Assembly: GCA_963766935.1 (NCBI GenBank)
Contig: CAVYBY010000008.1
Coordinates: forward strand, 158,884-222,883
DNA length: 64,000 nt
Direction of reading: 5' to 3'
Source: an uncultured Actinomycetes bacterium
GTDB taxonomy: Bacteria > Actinomycetota > UBA4738 > HRBIN12
How positions within the stretch are numbered: position 1 is the stretch's first letter; each line of letters opens with the position of its first letter. The notes below the pieces were generated by a model, which saw nothing but the letters and a program-made list of their open reading frames with translations, did no database searches and had not been told where the DNA came from. Below, in pieces: positions 1-11,183 of the stretch. Both the position numbers and the translations under genes were made by a program.

Positions 1-2600
1 GTCGACCCCGGCCGGCTCGCCGCGCACGGGCTGACGCTCGACCGGATCATCGAGACCAGCGGAAACGCGCTCTGGGCCTCTCCACTCACCTTCCTCGAAG
101 CGTCCACGCCCGGCACCGGAGGCTTCATCGACACCGCGAACCAGCGGCTCGGTATCCAGCACCTCCAGCCGATCACCACGGCGAGCGATCTGGCGAAAGT
201 GCCGATCGAAGGGGGGACGGGAGGACCGCTCCAGCTGGGTGACGTGGCGAATGTTGTCGAGGACCACCAACCGCTCATCGGCGACGCCATCTTCACCGAC
301 GGCAACCCGGGTCTCCTGCTTGTGGTCGAGAAGTTCCCCGGGGCAAACATCCTTGCCGTCACCCACGACATCGACGCGGCCTTGGGGGCGCTCCGACCGG
401 GGCTGTCCGGCGTCGACGTCGACGCGTCCGTCTATCGGCCGGCCGCCTACATCGAGCACAGCAGCGGGAATCTCGGCGCCGCCCTGCTCATTGCGCTGGC
501 GCTGATGATCCTCGGGCTCGGCCTGCTGCTGTTCGGGTGGCGAGGCGCCGTCGTAGGCAGCGTGTCGATCCTGTCCTCGCTCGCCGTCGCGTGGCTGGTC
601 CTGTACGTGCGCGGGACGACGATCAGCACGATGGTGCTGGCGGGTCTCGTGATGGCGCTCGCCGTCGTGATAGACGACGCCATCATGGACCTCGACGGCG
701 TGGTGCGCGGACTTCGCGCGCAACGCTTGAACGGCGTGGAACCGTCGGTGGCCACGACGATCCTCGAGGCCTCGCTCCGGATGCGAAACGCGGCCACGTA
801 CGCGACGTTGATCACGCTCGTCGCCGTGGTCCCGCTCTTCTTCCTTCGGGGCGAGTCCTCGCCGTTCGTCCCGCCCGTGATCCTTTCGTTCGGACTCGCG
901 ATCATCGCGTCGATGGTGGTCGCGCTTGTCGTCACCCCCGTGCTCAGCTTGCTGCTGCTTCGGAGAGCACCACTCGAGCGTGACGGCTCACCGATCGTCG
1001 AATGGCTCTTGCGCGGCTACGACCAGGCCATCGCGGGTTCGAGCCGCTTGCCGCGCCGCATGCTCGCGGGAACGGCGGCGATCGTGCTGCTCGCGATCGT
1101 CGCGGTGCCCTTCCTGAGTTCTTCGACACTCCCTTCGTTCCGCGACGGGACCATCCTCGTCGACCTGCGAGCGGTCCCCGGCACATCGCTGCCGGAGATG
1201 GATCGGATCACGGGCCGGCTCGGCCGCGAGCTGACCGCTCTCCCCGGCGTGCGGAACGTCGGAGCGCACGTCGGGCGGGCGATCACGTCGGACCGCGTGG
1301 TCGGCGTCGACTCCGCACAGCTCTGGGTCAGTCTCGACCCGGGCGCCGACTATGACGCGACCGCCGGTGCCGTCAGAGACGTGATCGACGGATACCCCGG
1401 GCTCGCCCACGACGTGCGCACGTATTCGGACGAGCGGGTCGGCGCGGTACTTCGCGAGGCCGACAGCCCGGTCGTGGTCCGCTTGTTCGGCCAGGACCTC
1501 GATGCCCTCCGCGGCGAGGCCGACGAGGTCGTCGAAATGTTGGCCGGGATCGACGGCGTCGTCGATCCGACCGCGGAGCTCCAGCCGCAGCAAGCCACGC
1601 TGAACGTCAGCGTCGATCTCCGGGCGGCCGAGCGCTACGGCATCGTTCCGGGCGACGTACGACGCGCGGCCGCGACCTTCCTCTCCGGCATCGGGGTCGG
1701 GAGCCTCTTTGAACAGCAGAAGGTGTTCGACGTCGTGGTGTGGGGCACGCCCGAGACACGCAACAGCCTGAGCAGCGTGCGCGACCTCCTGATCGACACG
1801 CCCCGCGGTGGGCACGTGCGCCTGGGGTCCGTGGCGGATGTGGCGATCGCTTCGACACCCACGGTGATCCGCCATCAAGACCTGTCGAGGAGCCTCGACG
1901 TCGTCGCCGACGTGCGGGGTCGCGACGTCGGCGACGTGGCGGACGACGTCCGGCGCGGGCTCGGCGAGCATCGACGTTCGCGTTGGAGCACCATGCCGAA
2001 CTCGTCGGCACATACGCCGATCGGCAGGCGGCCGACCGACGCGTCTTGGCGCTGGCAGTCGCGGCCGCGATCGGGGTCTTCCTGCTTGCTCCAGGCAGCC
2101 CTCGGGAGCTGGCGCCTGGCGACCATCGCCTTCTTCACGCAGCCGCTGGTCGCCGCTGGCGTGCGTGCTGGCCGTCTTCGTCGCCGGCCGGGAGCTCACG
2201 ATCGGCTCCGTCGCCGGGTTCGTCGCTGCCTTCGCGCTCAGGCTCGAGGACCAGTCTCACGCTCCTTCGGCACTATCAGCACCTCGAGCGAAGAGACCAC
2301 AATGTCTTCGGCATGACGCTCGTCCGGCGCGGTTCCCACGAGCGGTTCATCCCGATCTTCTGCGACCGTCATCGTCGCAAGCCTCGTCCTCGTGCCGTTC
2401 GCGCTCTCCGGAGCCGTGGCGGGCGAGGAGGTCATCCAGCCGATGGCGGTCGCGATGCTCGGGGGGCTCTTGGCGTCCGCACTCTGAACCTGTTCGTCGT
2501 CCCCGGCCTGTACCTCCGCTTCGGATCGGCGGGAGATCGCGAAGCCACCCCGGAGGACGTCGTCAACGTGCCCGAGCTGGGTCGCGTCTCGGGAACCTGA
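1..2600 (+). CDS. Efflux RND transporter permease, CusA/CzcA (heavy-metal efflux) family, copy 1; 5' end outside window; frameshifted around 1975-2480
   Basis: Motifs VVEKFPGAN, TM4 LAVVIDDAI, PGTSLPEM, VGRAITSD and terminal LNLFVVPGLYLRFG spread over ORFs 199-2316, 2165-2860 and 1740-2600; stop TGA at 2598-2600. Confidence 0.85.
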
Positions 2601-2628
2601 GCAACACCCAAGACAACAAGGAGGAGAG

Positions 2629-3077
2629 ATGCGTGTGCGCCACGAACGGATCGCCGCAGGGGTCGTCCTGTTCGGTCTGGTCCTTGCCGGATGTAGAGGC
2701 GGGGCCGGCGAGGAGGGCAACCGCGAGACCGACGTCGCCACGGTCGAGCCGATCGAGGGGAGCGACGTGGCTCGTGTCACGCTCTCCGAGGACGCGGCTC
2801 GGCGCCTCGATATCCAGACCGAGGCCGTCAAAGTCCTGCCCGGGTCCGGCGCCCGGCTGACGATCCCGTACGCCGCGGTGCTCTACGACGCCGACGGCGA
2901 CACGTGGGCCTACTCGAACCCGGGGCCGCGGTCTTCGTCCGGTCTCCGATCGCGGTCGACCGGCATCGAGGGTGACGAGGCGATCCTGTCCGACGGCCCT
3001 CCTCCGGGACCACATGGTGACGGTGGGCGCCGAGGAGCTGCTTCGGCACCGAGTACGGGCTCTTCAAAGAAGACTGA
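2629..3077 (+). CDS. Small lipoprotein resembling a truncated RND adaptor (membrane-fusion protein membrane-proximal part); frameshifted near the 3' end
   Basis: RBS AAGGAGGAG, lipobox LVLAGC, VTLSEDAARRLDIQT and TIPYAAVLYDADGDTWAY segments resembling MFP termini; sits between the two RND genes. Confidence 0.65.
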
Positions 3078-3123
3078 CCGGGGAGCCGACCGAGAAGACT
3101 GACGGAGAGAGGGACGCGCCGTC

Positions 3124-6100
3124 ATGATGCGCTGGATCGTAAGACGAGCCTGAAGTTCCGGTACCTGGTCGTCGCGTTCGCCGGGGCGATGATGTTCTTC
3201 GGGGTGGGCCAGCTGCCGCCATGCCGGTCGACGTCTTCCCGGAGTTCGCGCCTCCCCGCGTCGAGATCCAGACGTCGTGCCTCGGGCTGTCGGCCGCCGA
3301 GGTGGAGAGCCTGGTCAGCGATCCCGCTGGAGCAGTCGCTGAACGGGATACCGGGCTCGAGACATCCGCTCGAAGTCGGTTTCCGCAGCTCTCGTCGATC
3401 GAGCTCGTTCTTCCGCCAGGGCGCGGACATCCTCGGAGGCGCGGCAGCTCGTCAGCGAGCGCATGGCGGCGGTGATCAAGACGATCCCGACGTGGGCGGC
3501 CCGCCGGTCATGATCCGCCCGTCTCGACGACGGGCCGAGTCATGGAGATCGGGCTGTCCTCCGGACACGATCGACCTCAGGACATGTCGATGACCGCCTA
3601 CTGGACGATCCGGGGACGGCTCCTCAGGGTGCCCGGCGTCGCAAACGTCGCCATCTGGGGCGAGCGCTCAAGATGCTGCAGGTGCAGATCGATCCCGTTA
3701 CGTCTGCCGCCGAACAACATCACCCTCGAGAGGTCATGGACGCGACCCGCGGGCCGTGGACGTCCGGGATCTTGAAGTTTCTCAAGCGGAGCGGTGATCG
3801 GCAACGGCGGGGCGATCGAGACCGCCAACCAGCGAGTCAACATCCAGCACACCGCTCCGCTCGTCACGCCGACTGACCTGGCGCAGGTCCCGTCGGCACG
3901 CGCCACAAGCGGCAGCCCGCTGGTGCTCGGCGACGTCGCCAATCGCGTAACGAAGGAACATCAGCCGCTGATCGGCGACGCGGTCATCAACGACGGCCGT
4001 GGCCTCATGCTCGTCGTCGAGAAGCTTCCGTGGGCCAACACCTTGGACGTCACCCACAAGGTGGAGGCGGCGCTCGACGAGATGAAGCCCGGCCTCACCG
4101 GCACTGGACCATGGACCCGACGATCTTCCGGTCGGCGGACTTCATCGACCTGGCGATCCACAACCTCACCGACGCTCTGCTCCTCGGTTGTCTCCTCGTG
4201 GTGCTGATCACTGCTGATGTTCCTCTTCGCATGGCGAACCGCCCTGATCAGCCTCGTCGCGATCCCGATGTCGCTGATGGCCGCGGTGCTCGTGCTGCAC
4301 CTGCGCGGGGCGCCACGATCAACACGATGGTCCTGAGCGGGTCTGGTGATCGCCGTCGGGGTGGTCGTCGACGACGCCATCATCGACATCGAGAACATCG
4401 TGCGGCGTCTTCGCATGACTCGGAACGGGCAGCGAACGAAGCTCGGCGGCGAGCGTCATCCTCGAGGCCTCGATCGAGGTACGCAGCGCGATCATCTACG
4501 CCACGCTGATCGACGTGCTGACGCTGTTGCCGATGCTGTTCATGCAGGGGCTGTCCGGCGCCTTCTTCCGGCCCCTCGCCGTCTCCTACGGGCTGGCGGT
4601 GCTGGCCTCGATGGTCGTCGCCATGACGGTCACGCCTGCGCTCGGCCTGATCCTGCTGCGCAAGGCTCCGATCGAGCGGCGGGAGTCGCCGCTCGTCCGC
4701 GTGCTGCAGCGCGCCTACGAACGCGTGCTGTCGCCGATCATCCGTGCACCCGGCTGCGGTCGCGGGCGTCGGGTTCGCGATCGTCGCCGTCGGCCTCCTT
4801 GTCGTTCCCCACCTGGGCAAGCCCTGCTTCCCCACTTCAAGGAGCGCGAGTTCCTGATCGCACTGGATCACCAAGCCGGGCACGTCGCTCCCGGAGGAGC
4901 GACGGATCGTGACCGCCGCGAGCCGCGACATCCGTGCGGTTCCGGGCGTCAGCAACTTCGGCTCCCATATCGGCCAAGCGCTCTTCGCCGAGGAGATCGT
5001 CGGCGCCAACTTCGGCGAGAACTGGATCAGCATCGACCCCAAGGCGAACTACGACAAGACGATCGCCGCGTCCAGGCGTCGTGAACAGCTACCCGGGCCT
5101 GTATCACAACGTCTAACCTACTTCAACGAGCGGGTGGAGGAGGTGCTCGCCGGAGCGAGCAACCCATCGTGGTGCAGCGATCTTCGGTCCGGACCTGGAG
5201 GAGCTCCGGGCCCAGGCGCAAGAGGTCCGAGCACCGCTCTGGCGAACATGCCCGGCATCGCCGAAGAGCACGTCGAGCTTCAAGAGGACGTGCCCCAGGT
5301 GGAGGTCGAGGTCAACCTTGACGCCGCCCAGCGCTACGGGATCAAGCCGGGAGACGTCGCCGAGCGGCGTCCACGATGGTTTCGGGCGAAGAGGTGGGCG
5401 ACATCTTCCGGGACGGGAAGGCCTACGACGTCATGGTCTGGACCACGCCCGAGACGCGCGGCAGCCTGACCGACATCGGCCGGCTCCTGCTCGACACGCC
5501 GGGCGGGGTCACGTCCGTCTGGACAGGTGGCCGACGTGGCCATCAGCCGGCCCCGAACGTAATCCAGCGTGAGGCGGACTCCCGCCGCATCGATATCGGC
5601 GCGAGACGTCGAGGGACGTGATCTCGGCTCTGTGGTGCAAGGACGTCGAGCGGGCGGTCGGAGGTCGACTTCCCGCTCGGTACCACGCGGAGATGCTCGG
5701 CGAGTACACCGAGCGCCAAACGGCGCAGAGCCGTCTGATCTGCTTGCGCTGGCGGCCGTAGCGGGGTCTTCCTTCTCCTGCGGGTGGCCTTGCACAGCTT
5801 GCGGCTGGCGGCTGGCCTTCCTCGACCTGCCCATCGCACTCGGTGGGCGGCGTTCTGGCAACGTTCTTGTCCGGAGGCATCATCTCACTGGGCTCCCTCG
5901 TCGGCTTCTTCACCATCTTCGGGCATCGCGGCCCGCACCAGGATCATGATGATCAACCACTACCAGCATCTGGAGGAACACGAGGGCGAGACGTTCGGTC
6001 CCGGCGCTCGTGCTGCGTGGGGCACGGGAACGGCTCTCGCCGATCCTGATGACCGCGTTGGCGACCGGGCTGGCGCTCGTGCCGCTGGCGATCGCGGCAA

Positions 6101-6258
6101 CGATCCCCGGGAACGAGATCGAGCACCCGATGGCCATCGTCATCGTCGGGGGCCTGATCACGTCGACGTTCCTCAACCTCTTCATCGTCCCGACGCTCTA
6201 CCTGCGGATGGGCAGGGGCGTGGCCGTCCCCGCCCGGCCGAACGGAGCCCTCGCGTGA
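3124..6258 (+). CDS. Efflux RND transporter permease, CusA/CzcA family, copy 2; many frameshifts
   Basis: Fragments [93 protein letters not shown]. Confidence 0.85.
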
Positions 6259-6260
6259 GG

Positions 6261-7136
6261 ATGAGGAACGGAGCGTTCGCCGTCGCGGCGATGCTCCTGT
6301 TGCTGCCGGCGTGCACGTCGCGGCGGCCGACCGGCACGGTCACCCCGACGACGGGACCCCTGGCAGCCAAGGACTTCGATCCGGCCAATTTCGCCGAATC
6401 CTGGATCGTGGACAACCGGTGGTTCCCGCTGGAACCCGGCACGAAGATGGTGTTCGAAGGGCACGCGTTCGACGACGAGGAGCGCATCCGGCGCCGGGTC
6501 GTGGTCGTCGTCACCGACCTGACCAAGGAGATCGCCGGCGTCCGCGCGACGATCGTCCGGGAGCTGGACTTCACGAACGGGCGGCTCGAGGAAGCGGAGC
6601 TCGCCTTCTTCGCCCAGGACGCCGGCGGCACCGTCTGGCATCTGGGCGAGTACCCGGAGGAGTACGAGGACGGAGAGATCGTGAAGACCCCGGCGTGGAT
6701 CGCGGGGTCCGAGGGGGCCGCCGCCGGGGTCCAGATGCAGGCCGACCCTCGGTCCGGTACTCGCAGCTACGCCCAGGGATGGGGACCGCGGGTCGGCTGG
6801 AACGACCGCGGACGCGTGGATCGGCTCGGTGGACGGACGTGCGTTCCCGTCGCCTGCTACGACGACATCCTCGTCACTCGGGAGTTCAGCTGGACCGAGC
6901 CGGGTGCCTACCAGCGCAAGCTGTACGCGCCGGGAGTCGGCACCGTCCGAGTGGGATGGGGAGGGGCCCAGGAGGAGGAACGCGAAGTGCTCGTCCTGAG
7001 GGCCCTCGTGCACCTCGACGACGCCGCGCTCGCCACGGTCCGCGCCGAGGTTGTCGAGCAGGAGGATCGCGCGTACGAGAGGAGCCCGGGCGCCTACGGC
7101 CCCACGGAGCGAGCGGCGTCCCGGCCGGCTGGGTGA
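6261..7136 (+). CDS. Hypothetical lipoprotein
   Basis: MRNGAFAVAAMLLLLPAC signal/lipobox followed by a natural-looking globular sequence (DNRWFPLEPGT, FFAQDAGGTVWHLGE, KLYAPGVG); directly follows RND copy 2. Confidence 0.7.
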   Translation: MRNGAFAVAAMLLLLPACTSRRPTGTVTPTTGPLAAKDFDPANFAESWIVDNRWFPLEPGTKMVFEGHAFDDEERIRRRVVVVVTDLTKEIAGVRATIVRELDFTNGRLEEAELAFFAQDAGGTVWHLGEYPEEYEDGEIVKTPAWIAGSEGAAAGVQMQADPRSGTRSYAQGWGPRVGWNDRGRVDRLGGRTCVPVACYDDILVTREFSWTEPGAYQRKLYAPGVGTVRVGWGGAQEEEREVLVLRALVHLDDAALATVRAEVVEQEDRAYERSPGAYGPTERAASRPAG

Positions 7137-7210
7137 CGAGGAAGCTCCCCCTCCCGGTCCACAGGCTGATCGCGAGCGTGCCGGTCTCGGTCCGGGACCA
7201 GCCGCCGGGC

Positions 7211-9237
7211 TCAGGCCGACCAGAGGTCGGTGAGGAACGCGTCGACGGTCGGGGCGCCGGCCCCGGCGTCGATCGAGCGGAGATCCTCCAGCGGCACGTC
7301 CGAACCCTCTTCGTCGAAGAGTGCCCGCACCTCCTCGGGCAGGAACCGCGACACCTGCGCGTACGCGTGCGGATCCTCGAGCCCGCGCGGGCGGCGGTAG
7401 TAGCGAAGCGGCACGTAGACGTGCAGCGCGTCGCGTGCCCGCGTGAGCGCGACGTAGAGCAGCCGGCGCTCCTCCTCGATCTCGTCGTCGCCCCCGGTCG
7501 CCATGTCGCTCGGGATCATGCCGTCGGCCGCGTGGATGACGTGCACGACGTCCCACTCGAGCCCCTTGGCCGAATGCATGGTCGAGAGCACCAGCCAGTC
7601 CTCGTCGAGGAGCGGCGGGCCGGCGAGATCGCTGGTCGACGAAGGCGGGTCCAGCGCCAGGTCGTCGAGGAACCGCGTTCGCGACGGCGACGTCGCCGCC
7701 ATCACGGCCAGCTGATCGAGGTCGCGAAGCCGCGCCGTCGAGCTCTCGTAACGGCGGGCGAAGACCGGCTCGAGGAACCTGCGAAGCCGTTCGAGCTGCT
7801 CGTCCACGCCACGGTCTTCGACCGAGCAGTCCCCGAGGGCCGCGCGCAGCTCGTCGAAGCCTTCGCGGGCCGGACCCGGCACGGCCGGCGGATCGTCGAG
7901 CAGCCGCCTGAGCGGCGACGGACCCGGGTCCGCCTCCTGCCGGACCCCGAGCGCCGTGAGGAGCCGGCGCGCGGTCGCCGGACCGATCCCTTCGGGCAGC
8001 TGGAGCACGCGGAACCAGGCGACCTCGTCCAGCGGGTTCTCGAGCACGCGGAGCAGCGAGAGCGTGTCCTTGACGTGCGCCGTCTCGAGGAACTTGAGCC
8101 CGCCGTATTTCACGAACGGGATGTTCCGCCGCGACAGCTCGACCTCCAGCAGGTCGCTGTGGTGCGCCGCGCGGAAGAGCACCGCCTGACGGTGCAGCGG
8201 GATTCCTTCTTCGCGGTGGCGCAGCACGGCCTTGCACAACACGTCGGATTGCTCCGCCTCGTCGAGGCAGGTTCGCAGCTTCGGCCGCCCCTCGCCCCGG
8301 CGGTCGGACCAGAGCGTCTTCTCGTGCCGCTGCGGCGACAGCGCGATGACCGCGTTGGATGCCGCAAGCAACGGCGGGGTCGACCGGTAGTTCTGCTCCA
8401 ACCGAACGACCGTCGTCCCGTCGAACCGCTGGGGGAACTCGAGGATGTTGCGGACGGTCGCCGACCGGAATCCGTAGATCGACTGCGCGTCGTCGCCGAC
8501 GACGGTCACGTTGGTCCCGGGCGGCCGCAGACCTTCGAGGATGCGCGCCTGGAGCGCGTTCGTGTCCTGGTACTCGTCGACGAGCACGTGGTCGAACGTG
8601 GCGGCGAGCGCCGGTCCCGCGGGCGACTCGACGAGCGCGCGCCAGAACAGGAGCAGGTCGTCGTAGTCCAGGACGTTCTGCTCGCGCTTGCGCCGGGTGT
8701 ACGCCTCGAAGACCTCGCGCATCCCGCCCGCTTCGTCGGCGCACCATGGGTAGCGACCGCTCCAGGACCACACCGAGCTTCTCGCCGGCGTTCACGGTTC
8801 GCGAGTAGATCGCCGCGAGCGTCGCCTTGCGCGGGAAGCGCCGCTCCCCCTGGCCGAGCCCGAGCTCGCCGCGGATCAGGTCCATCACGTCGGCGGCATC
8901 GGTCTGGTCGAGCACGGTGAAGTCCGGGCCGCACGCCGACCGCGCGGCCGTCGAGCCGGAGCAGCCGGTTGGCGACCGCGTGGAACGTGCCGCCCCAGAT
9001 CTCCGACGTCGCCGCCGCACCCGTCATTCGCTCGGCTCGCGCGACCATCTCGCGCGCGGCGCGGCGGCTGAACGTCAGCAGCAGGATTCGCGACGGGACG
9101 ACGCCCCGCTCGATCAGGGCCGCGACCCGGCAGGCCAGGGTCATCGTCTTGCCGGTCCCGGCGCCCGCGACGACGAGCAGCGGGCCGTCACCGTGGGTCA
9201 CCGCGGCCAGCTGCTCCGGATTCAGGTCCTCGAACAC
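7211..9237 (-). CDS. ATP-dependent DNA helicase, UvrD/PcrA (SF1) family; two apparent frameshifts near 8770 and 8930
   Basis: LNPEQ Q-motif, AGAGTGKT Walker A, GTFHA, VLVDEYQD, VGDDAQSIYGFR, LEQNYRS, STMHSAKGLEW, EEERRLLYVALTRA. Confidence 0.92.
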
Positions 9238-9253
9238 GTGTTCGGCGAGTATA
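9230..9253 (-). promoter_or_regulatory. LexA (SOS) box overlapping the helicase start codon, with an adjacent -10 element
   Basis: TCGAAC-ACGT-GTTCGG at 9230-9245 matches the Gram-positive/actinobacterial GAAC-N4-GTTC operator; TATACT on the minus strand at 9253-9248. Confidence 0.75.
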
Positions 9254-9273
9254 GGGCGGCGGACCGGGCGCGC

Positions 9274-10050
9274 CTAGCTGATCAGCGGGATCTCCCGGCC
9301 GGCCGCGGAACGAACGAGGCCGGGGACCTGGTCGGCGCCGACCGTCAGCTCGGAGGCGGCACGTCCTTCCGCATCGACCAGGTAGGCGGCCGGCGTCCCG
9401 ACGCCGGCGAACACCTCGGTCTCGGCCTCACCTCGGAACAGCACCCGTGCGTCGAACCCGTCGAGCAGCGGCCGGTTCTCCTCCCAGCTCCCGCGCGTGA
9501 CCAAGACCAGCTCGACGTCCCGTTTGCGAAGCCCGGTCTGCAGCGCGGCGAGCTCGGGGGCGATCTGCGCGCAGAAGCCGCAGAAGGGGCTCCAGTTGAT
9601 CAAGAGCATCCGGCGGCCGCCCAGATCCGCGAGCTCGACCTCGGCACCCTCGACGTCCGGCAGCGTGAAGGGCGGGATCGGCTCCCCGACGGCCACGCCG
9701 GGCGGCCACGGGGAGGACTCCGGCGGAGGCTCGTATGCGATCCCCTCGAGCAATCCGGCCCGCCCGATCTGCCGCGCGAGCGTCAGCAGGTCTTCCCGAA
9801 CGACGTCGAGCTCGGCGCCGAACACCTCCGCGAAGTCCGAGGCCAGCTCGTCGAGCGTGGCGGCTCCGTCGAACGCGGTCCACGCGATGGTTCCGATCTC
9901 GTTCAGGTAGTGGGCGTTCGCCGACCCTTCGGCGAGCAGCACTGCCTCGCCGTCGAGGACGACCGCAGCCACATTGGGTCGCGGCACCGGGACGAACTCA
10001 CTCTCGATCTCGTCGGCTGGCAGCTCCACATCCGGCGATCGCTCGTTCAC
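9274..10050 (-). CDS. PqqD/RRE domain fused to a TlpA/MauD-like thioredoxin (redoxin) domain
   Basis: N-half LDGEAVLL..HYLNEIGTIAWTAFDGAATLDELASDFAEVF...VREDLLTL (PqqD fold pattern); C-half GEPIPPFTLPDVEG...INWSPFCGFC...GTPAAYLVDAEGR; GTG start overlaps the upstream stop. Confidence 0.8.
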   Translation of the reverse strand: MNERSPDVELPADEIESEFVPVPRPNVAAVVLDGEAVLLAEGSANAHYLNEIGTIAWTAFDGAATLDELASDFAEVFGAELDVVREDLLTLARQIGRAGLLEGIAYEPPPESSPWPPGVAVGEPIPPFTLPDVEGAEVELADLGGRRMLLINWSPFCGFCAQIAPELAALQTGLRKRDVELVLVTRGSWEENRPLLDGFDARVLFRGEAETEVFAGVGTPAAYLVDAEGRAASELTVGADQVPGLVRSAAGREIPLIS

Positions 10051-10871
10051 GTTTCCTCCAGCGCCATGCCGGCCAGCTGGACGATCGCCGCGTCGGCGTC
10101 GATCCACGACGACTCGTAGCAGGCCGCCCGTTCGACGAACCGGCCGAGCGCCTCGAGGCCGGGACCCCCGACCTGCTCGAGGTTGAGGGTCCAATCCGCG
10201 AGGCTCGCCAGGGTGTATCCGCGGCGCGCCGGCCGAAGCGGCGCGTCCGGATCTCCCGCCGGCACGAAGACCGCCTCGACCTTCTCGGGCACCGCGACGA
10301 ACCGGAGCGCGTCCTCGCCACTCCACGGCAACACGCCTGCCAGTCGTTCGATCGCGTCGATCGGAACATCGAGGGACCGACGGAGCGGCACGACGGCCGA
10401 CGTCTCGACATCGATCGCCACGCTGAACTCCCCCGGCATTGCCAAGCCAAGCCTCGAAGCCCGGCGGCCGAGCTTCGCGAACGACGGAGCAAGCGACGGC
10501 GGCACCAGCGTCGGAACTCCGTGCACGTCGGCCACCGATGCCAGCACGTAGACGGCGTCGTCGCGCTCGTGGAAGGTGAACACCTCGAGCTCGGTGAGCA
10601 ACGCGCGGCCGAGCGTCGCCGGGTCGAGCGTGCGCACGATGGCCGAGGAGTCGCGGTACAGGATCAGGAACTCCTTCGATGCCCGGCCGGCCGGCGGCTC
10701 GGGCACCACCACCGAGTACAGGATGTCTTCGACGTCCTCGACCTCGTAGGCGCCGAGCACGTCGCGCAGCCACTCGCCGAAGGCGTGCGAGGTCGAGCGA
10801 ATGGCGAACCGAGCCTCACCGATCTCAAGGGAAAACGACACCACCCACCCGAGGTGGTCCAGTTTGTCCAT
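10047..10871 (-). CDS. Degenerate paralog of the HprK-related kinase (putative pseudokinase)
   Basis: Colinear similarity to 11180-12127 along its length (e.g. LRPARRGYTLASLADWTLNLEQVGGPGLEALGRFVERAACY vs LRPMSRAAALIRIAEQSFNQPVMGRLGARTLFDVVGRAQCF) but no GKT P-loop. Confidence 0.65.
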   Translation of the reverse strand: MDKLDHLGWVVSFSLEIGEARFAIRSTSHAFGEWLRDVLGAYEVEDVEDILYSVVVPEPPAGRASKEFLILYRDSSAIVRTLDPATLGRALLTELEVFTFHERDDAVYVLASVADVHGVPTLVPPSLAPSFAKLGRRASRLGLAMPGEFSVAIDVETSAVVPLRRSLDVPIDAIERLAGVLPWSGEDALRFVAVPEKVEAVFVPAGDPDAPLRPARRGYTLASLADWTLNLEQVGGPGLEALGRFVERAACYESSWIDADAAIVQLAGMALEET

Positions 10872-10940
10872 TCAGGAGCTCTGCGGTTTGCGCTCCCTGA
10901 CACGCTTGCGCAGATCGGAGTCTTCCGTCACGACGGTCTC

Positions 10941-11183
10941 CTACGTGAAGACTTCCCACAGCGCCGCCTCCGCCACCTCGAGCTGTCCGAGGACACCGAA
11001 GAGCGACTGAATGGGCACATGGGTGGGGCTCTCGTCCAGCGTCCGGAAGATCTCCAGCGCCAGCTCCAGTGACTTGCGGGCCTCGTCAACCCGCCGCCGG
11101 CTCTGGATCAGCTCCGTCGCCGCGCGGCTGTACGTGAACGGAATCGACGAGCCGGTTCGCGGAGGCGCCTCGGATGTCTTCAC
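10941..11183 (-). CDS. Small helical hypothetical protein (80 aa)
   Basis: GTG start overlaps the kinase TGA (GTGA); amphipathic helical sequence RAATELIQSRRRVDEARKSLELALEIF. Confidence 0.55.
   Translation of the reverse strand: MKTSEAPPRTGSSIPFTYSRAATELIQSRRRVDEARKSLELALEIFRTLDESPTHVPIQSLFGVLGQLEVAEAALWEVFT

Noticed and set aside
1975-6010. Dense frameshifts in the RND genes (also in the helicase, wzm/wzt, TylF, M28 peptidase and hemH) read as pseudogenes or programmed frameshifting
   Set aside because: Single-base indels cluster by region, hit unrelated and housekeeping genes, and leave motifs intact. This is more consistent with sequencing or assembly error; raw reads are needed to confirm.
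6198-9020. Very long Arg/Pro/Ala-rich ORFs in the track (e.g. 6198-9020, 6311-8920, 27393-30068, 37112-39049, 59883-61796)
   Set aside because: Shadow or antisense frames of real genes, expected in high-GC DNA; no recognisable motifs.
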